A DNA stretch of 62,747 bases, filler included, from Globobulimina sp. (lineage: Eukaryota), in NCBI GenBank assembly GCA_003354225.1. It is 33 parts of 33 records of this genome, joined end to end, with 100 filler letters (N's around TTAATTAATTAA, not from the genome) between each part and the next. Parts side by side here need not be neighbours in the genome. Positions count along the whole stretch, not along the records: positions 57,139 to 58,941 come from PIVH01011764.1; positions 59,042 to 60,844 come from PIVH01011765.1; positions 60,945 to 62,747 come from PIVH01011766.1; 30 more parts are not named here. One strand, 5' to 3'. The notes beneath the pieces were generated by a model. The model did no database searches, was not told where the DNA came from, and was given only the letters and a program-made list of their open reading frames with translations. Positions 57,654-62,747 of the stretch are shown here, in pieces (position 1 is the stretch's first letter; each line of letters opens with the position of its first letter). The translations under genes were made by a program, and so were the position numbers.

Positions 57654-58941
57654 ATGTCAGAGACATTCTCAGATGTAGAGACCATAATTGATACCAAAAT
57701 CAGTATCACTGATTTATGCACAGACGTATTAATATTATGTTGCAATTATTTATTAGAACAAGAAGTTTATGAATTTTGTAAAGTCTGCAAATATTTTCAA
57801 AATATTGGAATGCATTCAAGTGTTATTTATAAAATTGATTCATCGAACTATCCACTCAAAAAAGGTAACACTGCAAGGTATTCGTTGCTCAAGTCTTTAA
57901 CAATCAGGTCGTTGTCGACGCAGCATTTGCCAAAAAAAATACATTTTAGCCGTTGTTGGTTAAAAAGTTTGGAAGAATTCCAAGTGAGTTTGATACATCT
58001 GGAAAGGTGTGATCAAAATAGTTTACAGGAAATGTTCAAAGCATCATTTGAAAATCTAATCCGTCTAAAGATTTCACGCATGGATCCAATTATAATATTA
58101 GGTAAATTTGATGCTAACAGCAAAAGGAAATTAACCCATTTAACAATAGACGTTAGTGGGACAAAAAAAAAACTTGACTCAGCAATGTTGAAATGTATTT
58201 TACGATTGACAAATTTAAAGAAGCTCGATTTAAATTTTAATGGAGTGAGCACTGACACAATAAATGGTATGGGTTCGCTCATTAAACAAAATCAATGTAT
58301 ATTCCCAAATCTGAAAATATTATCCATCAATGTTGCAGGTGCTTTGCTAATAAAGCCATTGTTTTATCATATACTATTGAAGTGCAACCCGTCACTAAAA
58401 GTATCGGATCATGGTGGTTATAATTACAATGGCATGGAGCTTCCTGCTTCGACTCTTTTTTCGTTGCGTGATGAAAATAATAAAGCTAATATTAAATGCA
58501 TTGTGTCCAGAATGAAACATTTAGAATTAGATTGTCGTGATTTGGTAAAAGTGGGAAATGTGCAATTGTTCGCAAGAAATATTGGTGAAGTATTTGAAGA
58601 TCTACAGCACAGTATATTAGACACATTTTTTGTTTCTATTTTTGCGGAAGACGTGTCAGTTGATGTTATCAAAGAAGGATTCAGAATTATTTGCAGATAT
58701 GCAAAGAAAACCAAGTTACATTGGGATGATTATTTGCAATCATGCAAGAAAATGAGCCATGATATTTTATCGTATAATATAAAGTCTAAAAATTATTTTA
58801 AAGAAATTAGGTTGTCATTTAGCTGGGACGACGTTGAGTTGTGTAATTCTTTGACTAACCATTATATTGATATGATATCAAATGGTAAAAAATTTGATCC
58901 GCTTCTATGGAGTGTAAAAACAGTGGGCAACGTTATTCTCG
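57654..58941 (+). CDS. F-box/LRR-like protein, 3'-partial
   Basis: ITDLCTDVLILCCNYL...FCKVCKYF followed by degenerate LxxLxL repeats. Confidence 0.75.
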
Positions 58942-59041
58942 NNNNNNNNNNNNNNNNNNNNNNNNNNNNNNNNNNNNNNNNNNNNTTAATTAATTAANNN
59001 NNNNNNNNNNNNNNNNNNNNNNNNNNNNNNNNNNNNNNNNN

Positions 59042-59293
59042 TAATCGCAAATGCTTTACATCATTTTCAATGGAACTTAATCCATATCCATTATATGACG
59101 ATGCATAAATGAATTGAATTAAAGACCATCCCATTCTATTCAGATTTATTTGTAATTCTTTTAAATATGCAACAGCATATAATCCATCAGTTAATCCAGG
59201 TATAAATATAACAAATCGATCGTTTGAACCAGAGACTGCATAACAATATCTGTGTCCTGGTTTATCATAATATACATCCAATTCACACTGCAT
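59042..59293 (-). CDS. DUF1749-like alpha/beta hydrolase, 5' fragment
   Basis: FIPGLTDGL...YL..L...GWSLIQ...SSYNGYG.SSI.NDV. Confidence 0.8.
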
Positions 59294-59396
59294 TAGTGAC
59301 TAAAGTTGGTGCAAGGACAGACCGAACTAAATTTGATTAAAAACATCCGTTTCTCGATAAAAAGAATCATTTCAAGCAAAGGGAAAGTATGTACTT

Positions 59397-60657
59397 TCAA
59401 ATGGCATCGAGCAACACCTGTCGCATAGATATTTTTTTCAATAATTTTAAAATGACATGTCCTTGATTTGTTTCTTTATTTGTTATTAACAATTGTTTTA
59501 TCCGAACTGTCACTTGTTTTACAATCTTACTATAACATATTGTCGGTATATTAATCCCTGTTTTATTTTTATTTAATTTCTGACCAAATAAACAAAGCCA
59601 GCTACAAATCATTTCACGAATTAAAATATCTATTTCGCGTTCATTAAACACTTTATTTACAACGATATTCCATAATTCAACATTATTGGCAGACGATTTC
59701 TGTGTCAGATTAATAAATGACTCAAATGCTTTACAGTATAAATTGATAATATCCTCTGTTAATTCAAATGCTTTGGTTTTAAATAATTGAAACGCTGCAC
59801 ATTCCGACGATAATATACCATTTCTATCTGTTGTTCGCATGGAAATATAATATGTATGTTGTGGTTCTAAATGAATTACACTGCAAATATTATTGATTGA
59901 TTCTCCATTTGTGTATGGATTCTCACTTGAAATGTCAACTTTTGTTTGCTTGAAATAGCAAAAATAATTTCGAATCATAAAATGTGATAAATAGTCTGGC
60001 CAAATTAACGTATGTGTGGCCACTGTGGATGCCGTGATATGCCTGAACCAGTATGTTATGACATAAATAAATTTATTGTTGAATGCTGTCAGTTGTTTTT
60101 GTGACAAAATCGTATTTGAGGGAAATAATTGATTATAAATCTTTGTTTGATCATAATGGTTTACATAAGCTGTATAATCAAACAATTCAATAATAATACA
60201 TTGAGATTCATAATCTTTTTCTAATATATACAACAAACAAGAATCATATTTTATATTTTCATCGTCAATAAAAAATAAAGGTTTAATTGGCAGCGAGTGT
60301 CTATATTTCCACTGCTTTCCGGACACGCAATGTCCGTATTTTTGGTATTGTTTACATATTTTAATTGAATGTGGGTTGCAATGTGAATATAAACATTTAT
60401 TGTTATATTTGCAACCAAATGCTGAGCCATACCATTTACATAAATCATTTTTCTCAGCATAACCAAAATTATGGGCAAATATTATCTGTATACAGATATT
60501 TGTCGTATTCCAATACTGAATAGAATACATATATATATATGCACACATTATTCATGTATTTATCAGCATTATTATATCCATCAAAACGTAAGTCATGGCC
60601 AAAATACTCTGTTGAAATGGAAGTGGTGCCATGTCGAAGAGGATTAAAGTGAAGCAT
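59397..60657 (-). CDS. CCCH zinc finger protein
   Basis: Intron 60486-60546. CKWYGSAFGCKYNNKCLYSH fits C-x8-C-x5-C-x3-H; the second finger is degenerate. Confidence 0.7.
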
Positions 60658-60944
60658 TTTTTACAGATCACACAATAATTAACAAAACACTAAATTCTAT
60701 CGAAATAAACGTTATTTAAATAGAAACAGAAACAGCGTTTCCATCAACACTTGACATTCCTGACACGGACAGAGTTCTCTCCATTTGTACTTGAGATTTC
60801 TTTTCTGTTGTCATTAATAATGAGCCACAACATGATTTACAACANNNNNNNNNNNNNNNNNNNNNNNNNNNNNNNNNNNNNNNNNNNNTTAATTAATTAA
60901 NNNNNNNNNNNNNNNNNNNNNNNNNNNNNNNNNNNNNNNNNNNN

Positions 60945-61103
60945 ACTCACTCTTTTTAATGCTGAACAATTTGAGATAAAATCAGACTTACATTCCTTAC
61001 AAATTATTTCTGTCGATTCAAATATACTAAAATCAATCGCATCCTTTTTACTCGGTAGTTTCTCTTCAAGTGTTGGTTCATTGTACTTACAAAGATTACC
61101 CAT
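60945..61103 (-). CDS. 5' fragment of hypothetical protein (MGNLC start)
   Basis: ATG at 61103, open to the contig edge. Confidence 0.5.
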
Positions 61104-61452
61104 TTATTGATAATATTCAAAACTAATAATTTTTCAGCGAAAATCCTACTTAAAAATTGCTTTAATGTGGATATTTGGGATGTAATTATTACAAGAATCT
61201 TAATAATTAGCTATTTAAAAGTTTAAATGAGGATACAAATAACATAAAATACGAAAAAAAACAAATAATAATAAACAAAATTAATAATAAAAAAGCAAAA
61301 ACGAGAGCACAAACACAAGCAAATAGTCACTTAATAATTAAAGTACTGATCAATGCCACAACATTCAATAAAACACAATATGTAAAGAAAGGTCTTTATA
61401 AACAAATAAAGTATGTCAACAATATATGTACATGTATAATATCAACAATATA

Positions 61453-62747
61453 TCAAACAAATGGTAAATACGCAGAGAATGCAATAGTTCCAATGGTAAA
61501 ATATAACAAAAAATAAGACACAATTAATTTTGGAGATGGTTTTTGCGACATTTTCTTACACAAAACATCGACAAATTTATTATTTTTCTTCTTATTCTGT
61601 TTCTCATTTTTATTGTACGACAAAATAATTTGCGCACAAAACCAATACAACGGCGGACACGAACAACAAATGAATCTCGTCGATATCTGAACGTGCGCAT
61701 AAAACACACATATTATCCACAACAAAAACCAATACACCACGTAAGGGATCAACTTATGATTTAACAATATCTCATTGTCAAACAGCTGCCGCGCCGATTT
61801 GCTCCCATTCCCGTTGGCATTCTGTATCATTCCCATGGCGCGCAACAATTTCAAGCCCGAAGCTATAGTGATTTTGCCATTGCCATTTTTGTGATGGCTA
61901 TGGCTGTGATATCCATTTTGTTTTTGTCCGTGCTCATTGTTCATATGTACTTGCATCATATTTATATTTAAGTGGTTGTCCCTTTCATGAAACGAGCAAA
62001 TTAAAATAAATTTCCTCACATAATACTTAATGGCGTGGAAGGAGATGAACCAAATGGGCGCCGCCAATAAGAAGTTGCCGATTTCGTTGCTGTTCCATCG
62101 CTTTAAAAAGCCACACTGCCAATACCGGCCTTGCACGAAGCCATACACCGTCGCGTATAGATGCTGGCAGTACGCACGCGAAGCCAACCGCGATTCTGTG
62201 GACTCCGCAGCGGCGCCGCACAATTTATTCTTACTATATATGAAATTATAGTATATCCAGGGCGTCAGCGCCAGACTCAAAGTGGCGATCAGCCACAAAA
62301 AACTGGCGATGTTCTTCACGAATAATTTAATTTGTATGTTGATGTTGCAAATGTTGTGAATGTAATTGGTGTTCAACAGTGACAGCGCATTGATGATGTT
62401 GTTGGAAATGAAGAAATTGGTATATATGTGATAAAAAATAGGGAATCCAACCATGAGAATGCCATTGGAACGCAACGACGAAGCGATGATAATGCATAAT
62501 AGAATGCTCATTGTCAGGATCACACTGTGTTTGCATTGCAAGTTATAATCGAAATATTTCAATTCGCAGCAAAGCATCAATAAAAATGAGCAAAATGAGA
62601 AGGTCGACTCTGTGTAGATGGAGACAAAGAATATCGAAGCCGGATTGATGAGGAATAACTTGGCGGAGATGAGTGCAATGGACGGTTTGTTGTAGATTTT
62701 GAGGGTCAAATAGTATAAAATGAGGCTGCTGAGGTAAGAGGATATCA
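61453..62747 (-). CDS. PIGV: PIG-V/GPI18 GPI mannosyltransferase 2, 5'-partial
   Basis: INPASIFFVSIYTES, RSNG, YGFVQGRYW.CGFL, NFLLAAP, HVQISTRF, PPLYW. Confidence 0.95.
   Translation of the reverse strand, partial: ISSYLSSLILYYLTLKIYNKPSIALISAKLFLINPASIFFVSIYTESTFSFCSFLLMLCCELKYFDYNLQCKHSVILTMSILLCIIIASSLRSNGILMVGFPIFYHIYTNFFISNNIINALSLLNTNYIHNICNINIQIKLFVKNIASFLWLIATLSLALTPWIYYNFIYSKNKLCGAAAESTESRLASRAYCQHLYATVYGFVQGRYWQCGFLKRWNSNEIGNFLLAAPIWFISFHAIKYYVRKFILICSFHERDNHLNINMMQVHMNNEHGQKQNGYHSHSHHKNGNGKITIASGLKLLRAMGMIQNANGNGSKSARQLFDNEILLNHKLIPYVVYWFLLWIICVFYAHVQISTRFICCSCPPLYWFCAQIILSYNKNEKQNKKKNNKFVDVLCKKMSQKPSPKLIVSYFLLYFTIGTIAFSAYLPFV

Noticed and set aside
12356-60546. Stop-codon reassignment to explain split ORFs
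   Set aside because: Nearly all splits resolve as canonical GT-AG introns, and TAA, TAG and TGA all end recognisable genes.
1807-60944. Regularly spaced TTAATTAATTAA within N-runs, resembling a repeat array
   Set aside because: Artificial six-frame-stop contig linker. ORFs ending in X-runs or LIN are artefacts of it.
42327-62747. PIG-A and PIG-V as a GPI biosynthesis cluster
   Set aside because: They are on different contigs; co-occurrence reflects size sorting.

Overview
This window is not a contiguous locus. It is 33 unrelated contigs of about 1.8 kb, apparently size-sorted, joined by an artificial ~100-nt spacer (N-run + TTAATTAATTAA + N-run), so adjacency across spacers means nothing. 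The contigs are AT-rich, gene-dense eukaryotic nuclear DNA with short GT-AG introns (about 50-145 nt) and the standard code. Gene style suggests a rhizarian protist, probably a foraminiferan; this is inference. Recognisable genes: PIG-A, PIG-V, histone H2A, clathrin light chain, a MOB1 fusion, an AGC kinase, a dual-specificity phosphatase, a TBC1D20-like RabGAP, NADPH oxidase, an SLC10 symporter, ADP-ribosylglycohydrolase, and two TRP-like channel fragments. Also present are REJ, LRR, RCC1, BTB, F-box, VIT, EEP, C2H2, CCCH and 7TM proteins. The most notable items are: (1) an intron-split gene missed by the ORF track, encoding a Pol-beta-type nucleotidyltransferase that resembles bacterial polymorphic-toxin tips (1-941); (2) a PPR-SMR candidate RNA endonuclease; (3) an intron-containing, bacterial-like GH94 glycoside phosphorylase; (4) a stand-alone copia Gag fragment inside a disordered protein; (5) several MITE or foldback elements, one with a TAA target-site duplication; (6) a short motif shared by unrelated proteins that may be a cullin-adaptor box. 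No rRNA, tRNA or CRISPR array was found. All family calls come from reading motifs by eye; no database search was run.
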